From Mobula hypostoma (Eukaryota), in contig NC_086097.1 of assembly GCF_963921235.1 (NCBI RefSeq), positions 212,352,001-212,416,000 on the forward strand: a stretch of DNA of 64,000 nucleotides, read 5' to 3'. Numbering within the stretch: position 1 is the first letter of the stretch; each line of letters opens with the position of its first letter. A program made the position numbers and the translations under genes. Below the pieces are notes generated by a model. The model was given only the letters and a program-made list of their open reading frames with translations, had not been told where the DNA came from and made no database searches. Below, piece by piece: positions 13,945 to 25,358 of the stretch.

Positions 13945-14275
13945 TCATAGAATCAAGGGAAATATACGCACAGAAGGATGCTTTTTAGCTCACTGGGTCC
14001 ATGCCAGTTTAAAACTGTTAATCTACCCATTTCCACGTTCTAGCACTGGGCCTTGCAAATTACAATTTGTCCAATACACATCTACGTATTTCTAAATATG
14101 ATGCAGTTTTTTGCCACTGCCACTCTCTCTGGCAGTAAGTTCCAAATCTCTTCCAAATCCTTGATGAAAAATCCTTTCTTCTAATCCTTCAATCGATTTT
14201 TAAAAATCTATTCCCCATGATTTTGACACCTAAGGGAGTTAGGGCCTTTGCCTCTTATCCTATTTACATCGCTAG
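13945..14275 (-). mobile_element. CR1 3' end fragment, old
   Basis: ccactctctctggcagtaagttcca and related motifs are shared with other minus-strand CR1 tails. Confidence 0.55.
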
Positions 14276-14749
14276 ATTTTGATTTTCAGAGTTATATAGA
14301 AATATACTTTAAAATTATTTTAAAGCACAATGGATCAATTCCATAATGTTTTACATGTTACTGCTAGATTAAAAATAATCAACATGATTCAGAAGTAACA
14401 TTCTTGAATATATCTCACATGATTTCAACATATTATTAGTTTCAATTTTGAGCCATTTTCCATTAAAGGCTTTTTTTTTTGCAAGTTATGTCCTTGCAAA
14501 TAAATGATCAACCAATGATACTAGACAAAATCCAGAGGTTTTGCCAGTTGCATATTTTAAAGCCAAAGACTTAAAAACAAAAACACAAATATACACAGGA
14601 ATATTCCAAACAAAACATTTACTAAAAAACCAGAACTTAGAACTATAAGCCATGATAAACTATACTTTGCAAAAATACATTATTTCCCTAATTCTAAACA
14701 CACAGAGAAATAAGAACTTGATATTTCCTGAAATGGAAACATAACAACT

Positions 14750-15610
14750 AGAGTGACATAACAGTGATAGTGTGGAGGGTTGTTGTAGTTTGCAACAGAA
14801 CATTGACAGGATACAGAGCTGGGCTGAGAAGTGACAGAAGGAGTTCAACCCAGAAATGTGTGAAGTGATTCACTTGGAATGTTGAATGTGAAGACAGAAT
14901 ATAGGGTTAATTGCAGGATTCTTGGCAGTGTGGTGGAATAGTGGGATCTTGGGGGTTACATCCAAAGAGCCATCAAATTCCCATGCAGGTTGATAGGTTG
15001 ATTAAGAAGGTGGATTGTGTGTTGGCCTTCATTAACGAAGGGATTGAGTGCAAGGGCCAGGAGATAACGTTGCCTCTCTATAAAGTCCTGGTTGGACCAA
15101 CATTGGAATATTTTGCTCAGTTCCGGTTGCCCTGTTATAGGGAGGATGTAGAAGATTTAGAGATGGTGTAGAGGAGATTTAACAGGATGTTGCCTTGATT
15201 ATAGAACATGGTTTATCTCTTTGGAAGGGAAGGAGGTAACTTGGTAGAGGTGTACAAGATGATAAGAGGCATAGATTGAGTGGATAGCCAGAGAATTTTT
15301 CCCAGGATAGATATGGCTAATATTGGGGGCATAATTTTAAGGTAATTGGAGCAAAGTAGAGGGGGGATGACAAAGCCAAGTTTTTTTCTACACAGAGATT
15401 GGTTGGGGCATAGAATGCCCTGCTAGGGGAGGTGGTAGAGGCAGATACATTAGGGTCATTAAAGAAACTCTGAGATAGGTACAGGGATGATAGAAAAATG
15501 GAAGGCTATGTAGGAGGGAGGAGTTAGACAGATCTTAGAGTGAGTTAAAATGTTAGCACACATTGTGGGCCAAAGGGCCTGAACTATGATACAGAGTTTT
15601 ATGTTCTATA
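14750..15610 (+). mobile_element. CR1 LINE 3' fragment
   Basis: LYKVLVGPTLEYFAQF motif; ends in tttatgttctat tail. Confidence 0.85.
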
Positions 15611-15696
15611 AAACGTAAGCAGACTTTTGGATGCCATGTAGGGCAAGGGGAAAGAAAAATACTTGAAAGAATGACAGTGATGTTACAGCACATTAC

Positions 15697-15777
15697 CTTG
15701 GAAACCAGACTAGCTCTGTAAGCAGCTAACTGCTTGAGATACTCCTTTTTGGCAGCTTCAGTCTTCTTCTTGTACAC
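15697..15777 (-). CDS. TOX: TOX coding exon (exon 6 equivalent; C-terminal HMG helix; 81 bp, phase 0-0)
   Basis: [40 protein letters not shown] fits TOX rather than TOX2/3/4. ttttacAG acceptor at 15779-15778; GTaatg donor at 15696-15695. Confidence 0.96.
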
Positions 15778-16380
15778 CTGTAAAAGACAATATAAAGGAC
15801 TATTAGCAGATGAAAGCATTAGCTGGCTACAGTACAAATTCAACAAATTTATCTTTCTAGCAGTAAACCCTAGAAGTGTCAAATTAGATTAGCAAACCTG
15901 TAATTTTTAATGAAGTCTTTGAAATACCAGCTAGTGAATTTATATCATACACTTTCCTCTTGAGTTTTCTTATTTTTCAAAATTGTTAAAAGGAATAATC
16001 TTTGAATACTGTTATCCAATAAGTAAATGACTATAATTTGTCAGAAAAAATAACCTGTTGAAAAGAAATTTTATTCTTCACATATTAAGTTATACCTGAC
16101 AACAGCAATCTGAATTTGTTAATGCCTTTGGCAAAGTAAAATGTCAGAAGGTATTTCACAAGAGCACAATCAGACAAAATTTGACATACGTAGTCAAATC
16201 AGAGTTATTAGAACAGCAGTACAAAAGCTTGGTGAAAGAGGAGGCTTTAAGAAACATTTAAAGCAGAAAAGTGATTCAAGGAAAGACTTCCAAATCTTAT
16301 GGTCTTTGCTGATGAAAAGAATTAAGACCAGGGCAGCAATTAATATCAGCTGACATACAAACTCTCTGGATCGGAGGGTT

Positions 16381-16960
16381 TTAGAAACATAGAACATAGA
16401 AACATAGAAAACCTACAGCACAATACAGGCCCTTCAGCCCACAATGCTATGCTGAACATGTACTTACTTTAGAAATTACCCAGGGTTACCCATAGCCCTC
16501 TATTTTTCTAAGCTCCATGTACTTATCCAAGTCTCTTAAAAGACCCTATTGTATCCGCTTCCACCCCCGATGCCGGCAGCCCATTCCACGCACTCACCAC
16601 TCTCTGTGTAAAAAAAACTTACCCTGACATCGCCTCTGTAACTACTTCCAAGCACCTTAAACCTGTGCCCTGTCATGTTAACCATTTCAGCCTTGGGAAA
16701 AAGCCTCTGACTATCTACATGACCAATGCCTCTCATCATCTTATACACCTCTATCAGGTCACCTCTTATCCTCCATCGCTCCAAGGAGAAAAGGCCAAGT
16801 TTACTCAACCTATTCTCAAAAGCCATGCTCCTCAATCCAGGGAACATTCTTGTAAATCTGCTCTGCACCATTTCTATAGTTTCCACAGCCTTCCTGAAGT
16901 GAGGTGACCAGATCTGAGCACAGTATTCCAAGTGGGGTCTGACCAGGGTCCTATATAGAT
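16381..16960 (-). mobile_element. CR1 LINE 3' fragment, relatively young
   Basis: LYRTLVRPHLEYCAQIWSPH...LFSLERWRIRGDLIEVYKMMRG; (TTCTATGT)n-type tail seen as agaaacatagaacatagaaacatagaa. Confidence 0.92.
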
Positions 16961-18576
16961 GTAGTTTTAGGGACTTCTGGGTCTGGCTTCCTCCTGTCCT
17001 TTTTTTCTTTATATTTTCTCTATATTTATAGCCATCCAAATTGCGTACTGTCAGTCTGGGTGGACTATAAATATGGAGAAAAAATAAAAAAATAATTGCT
17101 TAACGTCAGTAAAGAATTGAAAAATTTAAAAAAATCTGCAGATACCAGAAATCTACAATAAAAACTGGAAATATTGGAAATATTGAGCATGATGCTGCCT
17201 AATTCATTGAGTGTTTCCAGCACTTTTTGTTTTTATATCTGACTGAAGAGTTGAATGCATTGATGGATGTGAGGTCACATACAGATGACATCAGGTAAGG
17301 ATGGCACATTGCCTTCCCTGAAAGACAATAATGAACCAAGAGGAAGATTAATGACAATTCAGTAGTTTTGTGATTACTGTCATTTATTTTAATTTTAATT
17401 CCGATTGCTTTTGATTACTTGAGTATAACTACTACAGCAGATACAGTATGGTGGAAATCAAAATTACACAACTACTTGTAGATCAATGGTCCAGACCAGT
17501 GATTGCTTATCTAGGTACATGACCTCTTTGTTGTTTGTCACTTGAATGTTGTTGTTTAAAGGTGGACAAATATTGTAATTGGTGCTTTTTTATATAGCTA
17601 GTTCTGAGTTGTGTTAGGAAAACATTTAACTTGAATTAATTGTACAGGCCAACACCAAATACAATCTATATTTCACTAATTTAGGAGAAGCATTAATTTG
17701 GGTGAATGTTGTTTGATTGATTAATTTGAGCACATCTACAAAGAGTGCTGGCTCAAGAAAGCAACATTCATCATCAAAGACCCTCACCACTCAGTCATGC
17801 TTTCTTCTAGCTGCTGCCACCAGGAAGCGGGTATAATAGCCTTAGGTCCCTCAACACCAGGTTTAGGAACAGTTATTACCTTTCAACCATCAGGCTCCTG
17901 AACCAGAGTGGTCAATTTCACTCTCCCCAGTACTGATTCCACCACCTATGAAAGGACACTGCAATTCATGTTATCAATATTATTTATTTCTTATTTGTTA
18001 TTATTATTTAGTTTTCTTTTTGTATTTGAACAGTTTGTCATCTTTTGCACATTGGTTGTTCATCCATATTTGTTTGTGAGTAATTCTTCATTGATTCTAT
18101 TGTGTTTTTTTTGTATCTATTGCGAATGCCACAAGCAATTTGAAGTCAGAGAGTCATAGAGGCAGAGAGGCAGAGAGTGGCAACATAGAAACAAACACCT
18201 CATTCCATTGAGCCCACACACCAGCCCATCAGCCCATTTCCAAGAAGAGTTCAGCTTTCTTTTCTATGTTTACTGTACATTGTTGGCTCTATTCTTCTCA
18301 GTACAATTTTTTCCTGAAGTACAGTGCTCTGCAAAGGTCATAGGCACACATATATTCCTAGGGTGCCTAAGACTTTTGCACAGTATTGTATTTGTCAAAG
18401 TGGAGCACGGAATGAGTTTCTAAATCTGGCGGCAGCAAAGGATGTTGGGAATGGCGAGTGCGAAGAGCCGCAGGAGCGTTGTGGGACAGGTGGCAGGGGC
18501 AGAGGCTGGTGTGGGTGCAAACGTACCCAGCCCTGAGACACAAGCCAAGTTAATTTGACTGCAAACAAGTGCTTTA

Positions 18577-21135
18577 TTGAACATTACAGGATGTCTCTCT
18601 GGTGTTTCTCACTCCCTCCTCCTTCCATCCCCTTTTCTCAACCATGATTTCCCTCACCCCAACCCTCCCCTCTCCACTGACACCCCCAGCCTCCCCCCTC
18701 CCCCCTCTGATCCCAGCTCTCAAGATTCCAGCCTTGAACTCCAGGCCGGGTCTTTATGTGCCGCTGTTGTGACTCCCGTCTCCCCTTCCCCCACCAATAC
18801 TCTGCAATCCCGTCTCCCTCAGATCCCACCGTCAGCTCCTGGGCCCTCAGAGGCTCCATCTTCCTCTCACCCCAACCCTCCCCTCTCCATTGACACACCC
18901 AGCCTCCCCCCTCCCCTCTCTGATCCCAGCTCTCATCCGTGCCGGGTCTTTACCATCCCCTCCGACCTTCAACTGTCGGAGGCAGAACGCTCTGTTCTCA
19001 GTAAGGGCCTCACCTTTGTCCCCCTTCGCCCACACCTCAGTGAGTTCCGTGTTCGCCATGATGCGGAACTTTTCTTCCGCCGTCTCCGTCTCCGAGCCTA
19101 CTTCTTCGGCAAGGACTCTTCCACTCCCACCGATGACCCCTTCTCCCGTCTTCAACCCTCCTCTTCTTCATGGACACCCCGCTCTGGTCTTCTGCCTGCT
19201 CTGGATCTCTTTATTGCCAACTGCCGAAGGGACATCAACCGTCTCGACTTCACCGCACCTTGTCCCCATTCCAACCTCACTCCTTCGGAACGCTCTGCTC
19301 TCCACTCCCTCCACACTAATCCTAACCTTATTATTAAACCCGCTGATAAGGGGGGTGCTGTTGTAGTCTGGCGTACTGACCTCTACCTTGCTGAGGCACA
19401 GCGACAACTCGCGGATACCTCCTCTTATTTACCCCTCGATCGTGACCCCACTAAGGAGCACCAGGCCATTGTCTCCCACACTATCACCGACTTTATCCGC
19501 TCAGGGGATCTCCCATCCACTGCTACCAACCTTATAGTTCCCACACCCCGCACTTCCCGATTCTACCTCCTACCCAAGATCCACAAACCTGCCTGTCCTG
19601 GCCGACCTATTGTCTCAGCTTGCTCCTGCCCCACCGAACTCGTTTCTGCATACCTCGACACTGTTTTATCACCCCTTATTCAATCCCTTCCCACCTATGT
19701 TCGTGACACTTCTCACGCTCTTAAACTTTTCGATGATTTTAAGTTCCCTGGCCCCCACCGCTTTATTTTCACCATGGATGTCCAGTCCTTATATACTTCC
19801 ATCCCCCATCAGGAAGGTCTCAAAGCTCTACGCTTCTTTTTGGATTCCAGACCTAATCAGTTCCCCTCTACCACCACTCTGCTCCGTCTAGCGGAATTAG
19901 TCCTTACTCTTAATAATTTCTCCTTCTGCTCCTCCCATTTCCTCCAAACTAAAGGTGTAGCTATGGGCACCCGTATGGGTCCTAGCTATCCCTGCCTTTT
20001 TGTTGGGTTTGTGGAACAATCTATGTTCCGTGCCTATTCTGGTATCTGTCCCCCACTTTTCCTTCGCTACATCGATGACTGCATTGGCGCTGCTTCCTGC
20101 ACGCATGCAGAACTTGTTGACTTTAATAACTTTGCCTCCAACTTTCACCCTGCCCTCAAGTTTACCTGGTCCATTTCTGACACCTCCCTCCCCTTTCTAG
20201 ATCTTTCTGTCTCTGTCTCTGGAGACAGCTTATCCACTGATGTCTACTATAAGCCTACTGACTCTCACAGCTATCTGGACTATTCCTCTTCTCACCCTGT
20301 CTCTTGCAAAAACGCCATCCCCTTCTCGCAATTCCTCCGTCTCCGCCGCATCTGCTCTCAGGATGAGGCTTTTCATTCTAGGACGAGGGAGATGTCTTCA
20401 TTTTTTAAAGAAAGGGGCTTCCCTTCCTCCACTATCAACTCTGCTCTTAAACGCATCTCCCCCATTTCACGTACATCTGCTCTCACTCCATCCTCCCACC
20501 ACCCCACTAGGAATAGGGTTCCCCTGGTCCTCACCTACCACCCCACCAGCCTCCGGGTCCAACATATTATTCTCCGTAACTTCCGCCACCTCCAACGGGA
20601 TCCCACCACTAAGCACATCTTTCCCTCCCCCCCTCTCTCTGCATTCCGCAGGGATCGCTCCCTACACAACTCCCTTGTCCATTCGTCCCCCCCATCCCTC
20701 CCCGCTGATCTCCCTCCTGGCACTTATCCGTGTAAGCGGAACAAGTGCTACACATGCCCTTACACTTCCTCCCTTACCACCATTCAGGGCCCCAAACAGT
20801 CCTTCCAGGTGAGGCATCACTTCACCTGTGATTCGACTGGGGTGATATACTGCGTCCGGTACTCCCGATGTGGCCTTTTATATATTGGTGAGACCCGACG
20901 CAGACTGGGAGACCGCTTTGCTGAACATCTACGCTCTGTCCGCCAGAGAAAGCAGGATCTCCCAGTGGCCACACATTTTAATTCCACATCCCATTCCCAT
21001 TCTGACATGTCTATCCACGGCCTCCTCTACTGTAAAGATGAAGCCACACTCAGGTTGGAGGAACAACACCTTATATTCCGTCTGGGTAGCCTCCAACCTG
21101 ATGGCATGAACATTGACTTCTCTAACTTCCGCTAG
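18577..21135 (+). CDS. PLE reverse transcriptase / GIY-YIG endonuclease open frame (no native start codon in this copy)
   Basis: 852-codon ORF. The track start is a TTG inside the flanking MITE, and the first in-frame ATG is at 19774, within the RT domain. Confidence 0.75.
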   Translation: MNITGCLSGVSHSLLLPSPFLNHDFPHPNPPLSTDTPSLPPPPSDPSSQDSSLELQAGSLCAAVVTPVSPSPTNTLQSRLPQIPPSAPGPSEAPSSSHPNPPLSIDTPSLPPPLSDPSSHPCRVFTIPSDLQLSEAERSVLSKGLTFVPLRPHLSEFRVRHDAELFFRRLRLRAYFFGKDSSTPTDDPFSRLQPSSSSWTPRSGLLPALDLFIANCRRDINRLDFTAPCPHSNLTPSERSALHSLHTNPNLIIKPADKGGAVVVWRTDLYLAEAQRQLADTSSYLPLDRDPTKEHQAIVSHTITDFIRSGDLPSTATNLIVPTPRTSRFYLLPKIHKPACPGRPIVSACSCPTELVSAYLDTVLSPLIQSLPTYVRDTSHALKLFDDFKFPGPHRFIFTMDVQSLYTSIPHQEGLKALRFFLDSRPNQFPSTTTLLRLAELVLTLNNFSFCSSHFLQTKGVAMGTRMGPSYPCLFVGFVEQSMFRAYSGICPPLFLRYIDDCIGAASCTHAELVDFNNFASNFHPALKFTWSISDTSLPFLDLSVSVSGDSLSTDVYYKPTDSHSYLDYSSSHPVSCKNAIPFSQFLRLRRICSQDEAFHSRTREMSSFFKERGFPSSTINSALKRISPISRTSALTPSSHHPTRNRVPLVLTYHPTSLRVQHIILRNFRHLQRDPTTKHIFPSPPLSAFRRDRSLHNSLVHSSPPSLPADLPPGTYPCKRNKCYTCPYTSSLTTIQGPKQSFQVRHHFTCDSTGVIYCVRYSRCGLLYIGETRRRLGDRFAEHLRSVRQRKQDLPVATHFNSTSHSHSDMSIHGLLYCKDEATLRLEEQHLIFRLGSLQPDGMNIDFSNFR

Positions 21136-21528
21136 GCCCCACCTCCCCCTCGTACCCCATCTGTTACTCATTTTTATGCACACATTCTTTCTCTCACTCT
21201 CCTTTTTCTCCCTCTGTCCCTCTGAATATACCTCTTGCCCATCTTCTGGGTCACCCCCCCCCTTGTCTTTCTTCCCGGACCTCCTGTCCCATGATCCTCT
21301 CGTATCCCCTTTTGCCTATCACCTGTCCAGCTCTCGGCTCTATCCCTCCCCCTCCTGTCTTCTCCTATCATTTTGCATCTCCCCCTCCCCCTCCAGCTTT
21401 CAAATCCCTTACTCACTCTTCCTTCAGTTAGTCCTGACGAAGGGTCTCGGCCTGAAACATCGACTGCGCCTCTTCCTATAGATGCTGCTTGGCCTGCTGC
21501 GTTCACCAGCAACTTTGATGTATGTTGC
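18656..21528 (+). mobile_element. Penelope-like element (Neptune type), young and 5'-truncated, with intact RT and GIY-YIG frame and a 3' pLTR/tail
   Basis: Stop-free frame to 21135 with PLE motifs LSKGLTF, IKPADKG, LPKIHK, GRPIVS, MDVQSLYTSI, GVAMG, RYIDD, a CxxxxCxxC linker and GVIYC...LYIGET. Flanked by duplicated tttccctc (18648-18655 and 21529-21536). Splits a MITE. Confidence 0.95.
21430..21465 (+). ncRNA. Minimal type I hammerhead ribozyme motif in PLE 3' tail
   Basis: agtc-CTGACGA-agg gtctcgg cct-GAAAC-ATC-gact: conserved core, stem II, stem I agtc/gact, NUH triplet AUC. Confidence 0.75.
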
Positions 21529-22061
21529 TTTCCCTCTCCCTGTCCCTTTCTACACTCAGTCTACAATAGAGGCGCATATCAGAATCAGGATTATCATCAG
21601 TCATGTATGTCATGATATTTTTTGGCAGTACAGTGCAATATATGAAATTACTACAGTACTGTACAAAAATCTTAGGCACCCTATGTATATTTGTGCCTAT
21701 AACCTTTGCACAGTACTGTATTTTAGAAAAAGAATTGTACAGAGAAGGATAGACCCAACAATGTACAGTAAGCTTAGAGAAGAAAGCTGAGCTCCTGCTG
21801 GAAATGGGCTGATGGGCTGCACTTTTGCACACTACTTCGTCTATGCAGCTTGTTCTCAACTTGTTCTCCATAAACTCCTAATCTCATCCTCGTCTTGTTT
21901 TTTTTTGTTTTTTTTGTGTGCATTGATGAATGCCATGAGGCATTTTTATATTAAAATTGTAATTCTGCTTATAATGTAGCTATGGCTTGTACGTCCCACA
22001 GCGTTACCTATCTTCTTCCAAGATATGAACATACAATAAGAGATCCACTGAATATGGCCCT

Positions 22062-22207
22062 TTTGGCTAAAGGGATCGGGGGTATGGAGGGAAGGCTGGT
22101 ACAGGGTTCTGAGTTGGATGATCAGCCATGATCATACTGAATGGCAGTGCAGGTTCGAAGGGCCGAATGGCCTACTCCTGCACCTATTTTCTATGTTTCT
22201 ATGTTTT
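22062..22207 (+). mobile_element. CR1 extreme 3' end
   Basis: gaagggccgaatggcctactcctgcacct followed by a ttctatgtttctatgttt tail. Confidence 0.8.
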
Positions 22208-22479
22208 CTCAGTATCAGTCTTGAGCTTGCTCAGCAACAGAGCACACACAGAGGCCAACAGGTGGAGAGAGCATAGTACTTTATCAATACTGAAGGGCTC
22301 TCGAGAGTGCAAAATCCAAAGTTCAGAGGTGAAAGTAAATTTATTATCAAGGTACATAAATGTCAGCATATACAACCCTGAGATTCATTTTCTTGCAGAC
22401 ATATTCAATAAATCCACAACAGAAAAACAACCATAATAGAATCAATGAATGAATGCGTCAACTGGGTTTTGCCTGTGAT

Positions 22480-24020
22480 GGACTGGGCCGTACCAACTAC
22501 TTCTTGTAGGATTTTCAGTTCAAAGGCATTGATGTTTCATACGAGGCTGTGATGCAGCCAGTCAAATACTCTCCACCACACATCTACGAAAGTTTCTGGA
22601 AGTTTCAGATGTCATGCTGAATCTTCTCAACCTCCTAAGGAAGGAGAGGTGCTGCCATGATTTCTTTGTAATTGCACTTACTTGCTGGCCCCGTGACAGT
22701 TCCCCTGAAATATTAACACTGAGGAGTTTAAAGTTGCTGACCCTCTCCTTTGGTCCTCCAATGAGGACTGGCTCATGGACCTGTAGTTTCCTCCTCCTGA
22801 AATCAATAATCAGCTCCTTGGTCTTGCTGACATTTTCACAATTGCACAAGGAGGTATTTAGGCCAAGGTCTTGAAGCATATTGATTAGTTATGATAGTAT
22901 TGAAAGCTGAGCTGCAGTCAATAAAGACCATACTGATGTATGTACCTTTGCTGTTCAGATGTTCCAGTGTTGATTGATTAGCCAATGAGCCAGCAACTGC
23001 TGTTGCCCTGTTGCGCTGATAGGCAAACTAGAGCATATCCAAATCATTTTTCAGGCAGGAGTTGATATGTTTCATCACAAACCTGTTAAAACACTTCACC
23101 ACAGTGGACATCGGTGCTCCTTGGCAATGGGCGTTGAGGCAGGTTACCCCATGCTTCTCGGGCACCAGTATGATTTGAAGCTAGCCTGAAGCAGCTGGGT
23201 AGCTCACACTGCTGAAGTGAGAGGTTAAAGATATTGGTGTACACTGCAGCCAGTTGATCAGAATAGGTCTTTTATGCTTGGCCAGATATGCCATTTGTGC
23301 TGGATGCTTTTCGTGTGTTCACCCACTGAAGGAAGCTTGCATGTCGACCTGAGAGACTGAAATCACAGGATCACTGGGGTTTTGGTAGTTTGTGTTGATT
23401 ACTCCATGTTTTGACTTTCAAAGCAAACATAGAAGGCATTGAGCTCATCTGGAAGCAAAGCCCTGTTGTCCCCTATGTTGCCTGATTTTACTTTATAAGA
23501 GGCGATAGTATTCAAGCCCTGTCACTACTGTCGAGCATCCTTCACTATTCAGGTTTAGTCTGGAATTTCCACCACCCATAAGATGGCTTTCTGGATATCA
23601 TACCTGGACCTCTTGAAACTTTCTTCATTGTCAGACTTGAATGCCTCTGATCTGCCCTCAGCAGACTGTGGATCTCATGGTTCACCTAGGGCTTCTGGTT
23701 GGGGAATGACACTGAATGATTTTGTGGGGACACACTCGTCTACAACGTTTGTATGAAGTCCATGACAGCTATGGTCTATCATTCTGATACACAGAAGAGT
23801 TCTTGAACATGGCCTAATCCATGGTCTCAAAGCAATCCCATAGTTGCTGGTCTTCCTCCTGTGAACACCTTTTTATTGTCCTTATCTCTGGAGCCTTGCT
23901 CTTTAGCCTCTGCCTGAAAGCAGGTAGGAGATGGACAATTAAGGGATCAGATTTCCCAAAATGTGTTCTGGCCATGGAATGGAAAGCATACCTTATCTTT
24001 GTATACCAGTGATCTAGCCT
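22480..24020 (-). mobile_element. Rex1/Babar-like LINE, decayed
   Basis: LQDLGLNTSLCN, NVSKTKELIIDFRR, ERVSNFKLL, FLRRLRRF and RCVVESI motifs. The clade was assigned from recalled motifs. Confidence 0.75.
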
Positions 24021-24727
24021 GATGCTACACGTGACTGTGCCACTGATAGTTTGTACTTCGTTTTCCTGAGATCACAAGTCACTTTAACATAATGTTAAAA
24101 CTGAAAGGGATTCTACAGCTTCATTCTGGGCATGGACAGGGAGTCAGGACATACTTGACAGCATAGCAACTTTTTGCTCTGTGGAGCAAGAACGGTCCCT
24201 CAGAAATATGAGTAAGCATAAGCTGGGCTGCTGACAATAGCAAAGACCCCCTGGAGAAGGCCACCCTGAGCCATCATGGAGGAAGTCTGCGAAAGGTAGT
24301 GCTTGGGTGACAGTCGATGTGGTTGATTCGTCCAGGATGGTAATGAACCTCCGGAATTTTGTTGGAGCTGCTCTCTTTCCAGCAAGTGGAAAGCTATTCA
24401 AATGTATTTCTGATGTATAGTAAGCACTATGGGGAGTCAGGCAATGATTTGCTAGCCACAGAATCCAGATTCTCTCCTGTTTGAGTAAGCACTATATTTA
24501 TGTGGTTGACCCAGCTGATTTTTTGATCATAATGACCACCCAGAGGTTGACGATGAGAAGCTGGGGAAGCTGAATCCACTGAGATCCCAGGAAAAATTGT
24601 TAATTATTCTTTCAGAGCAAATGTTACTTGTCATTCCAGACCTTGCTGCATTTGGGCATAAACTACTTCATCATTTCAGGAATTGTGAATGTAATTAACA
24701 GGTCAATCATCATTGAAGGCACCCTCA

Positions 24728-25358
24728 AATGGTTTAGAATACAAGAGCAGGGATGTGATGTTGAGGCTTTATAAGGCACTGGTGCGGCTTCACCTTGAGT
24801 ATTGTCTACAGTTTTGGGTCCCTCATCTTAGAAGAGATGCACTGGCATTGGAGAGGGTCCCAAGGAGGTCACAAGGAAGATTCCAGGAGTGAAAGGGTTA
24901 TCACACGAGGGAAGTTTGATGGCTCTGGGTCTGTACTCACTGGAATCTAGAAGGATGAGGGGGGGATCTCATTGAAACCTTTTGAATGTTGAAAGGCCTA
25001 GACAGAGGAGATGTGGAAAGGGTATTTCCCATGGTGGGAGAGTCTAAGACAAAGAGGGCACAGCCTCAGGATAGAGGGGCATCCATTCAAAACAGAGGTA
25101 CAGAGAAATTGCTTTAGCCAGAGGGTAGTGAATTTGTGGAATTTGTTGCCACCTGTAGCTGTGGAGGCCAGGTCATTGGGTGTAGTTAAGGCAGAGATTG
25201 ATAGGTTCTTGATTGGACATGGCATCTAAGGTTATGGGGAGAAGGCCAGGAAATGGAGTTGAGGAGGAGAAAAAAAAGGATCAGTTATGATTGAATGGCG
25301 GAGCAGACTCAATGGGCCAAATGGCCTAATTCTGCACCTATGTCATATGGTCCTATGA
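24728..25358 (+). mobile_element. CR1 LINE 3' fragment
   Basis: RGHSLRIEGHPFKTEVQRNCFSQRVVNLWNLLP...KAEIDRFL and a CR1 3' UTR. Confidence 0.9.

Larger units (their letters stand above)
18322..21718 (+). mobile_element. Tc1/mariner-type MITE (about 0.5 kb) split by the PLE insertion (parts 18322-18655 and 21529-21718)
   Basis: TA-cagtgctctgcaaaggtcataggcac ... gtgcctataacctttgcacagtactg-TA: inverted termini of about 70 bp flanked by TA. The two halves rejoin to match the copies at 12.8 kb and 39.7 kb. Confidence 0.85.

Noticed and set aside
18638..21183. Multiple overlapping ORFs on both strands in the PLE
   Set aside because: Shadow frames of a C-rich coding sequence with no recognisable motifs.
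24090..24700. Possible old LINE remnant (also about 25380-25950)
   Set aside because: Looks repeat-derived but is too decayed to assign a family or boundaries by eye.
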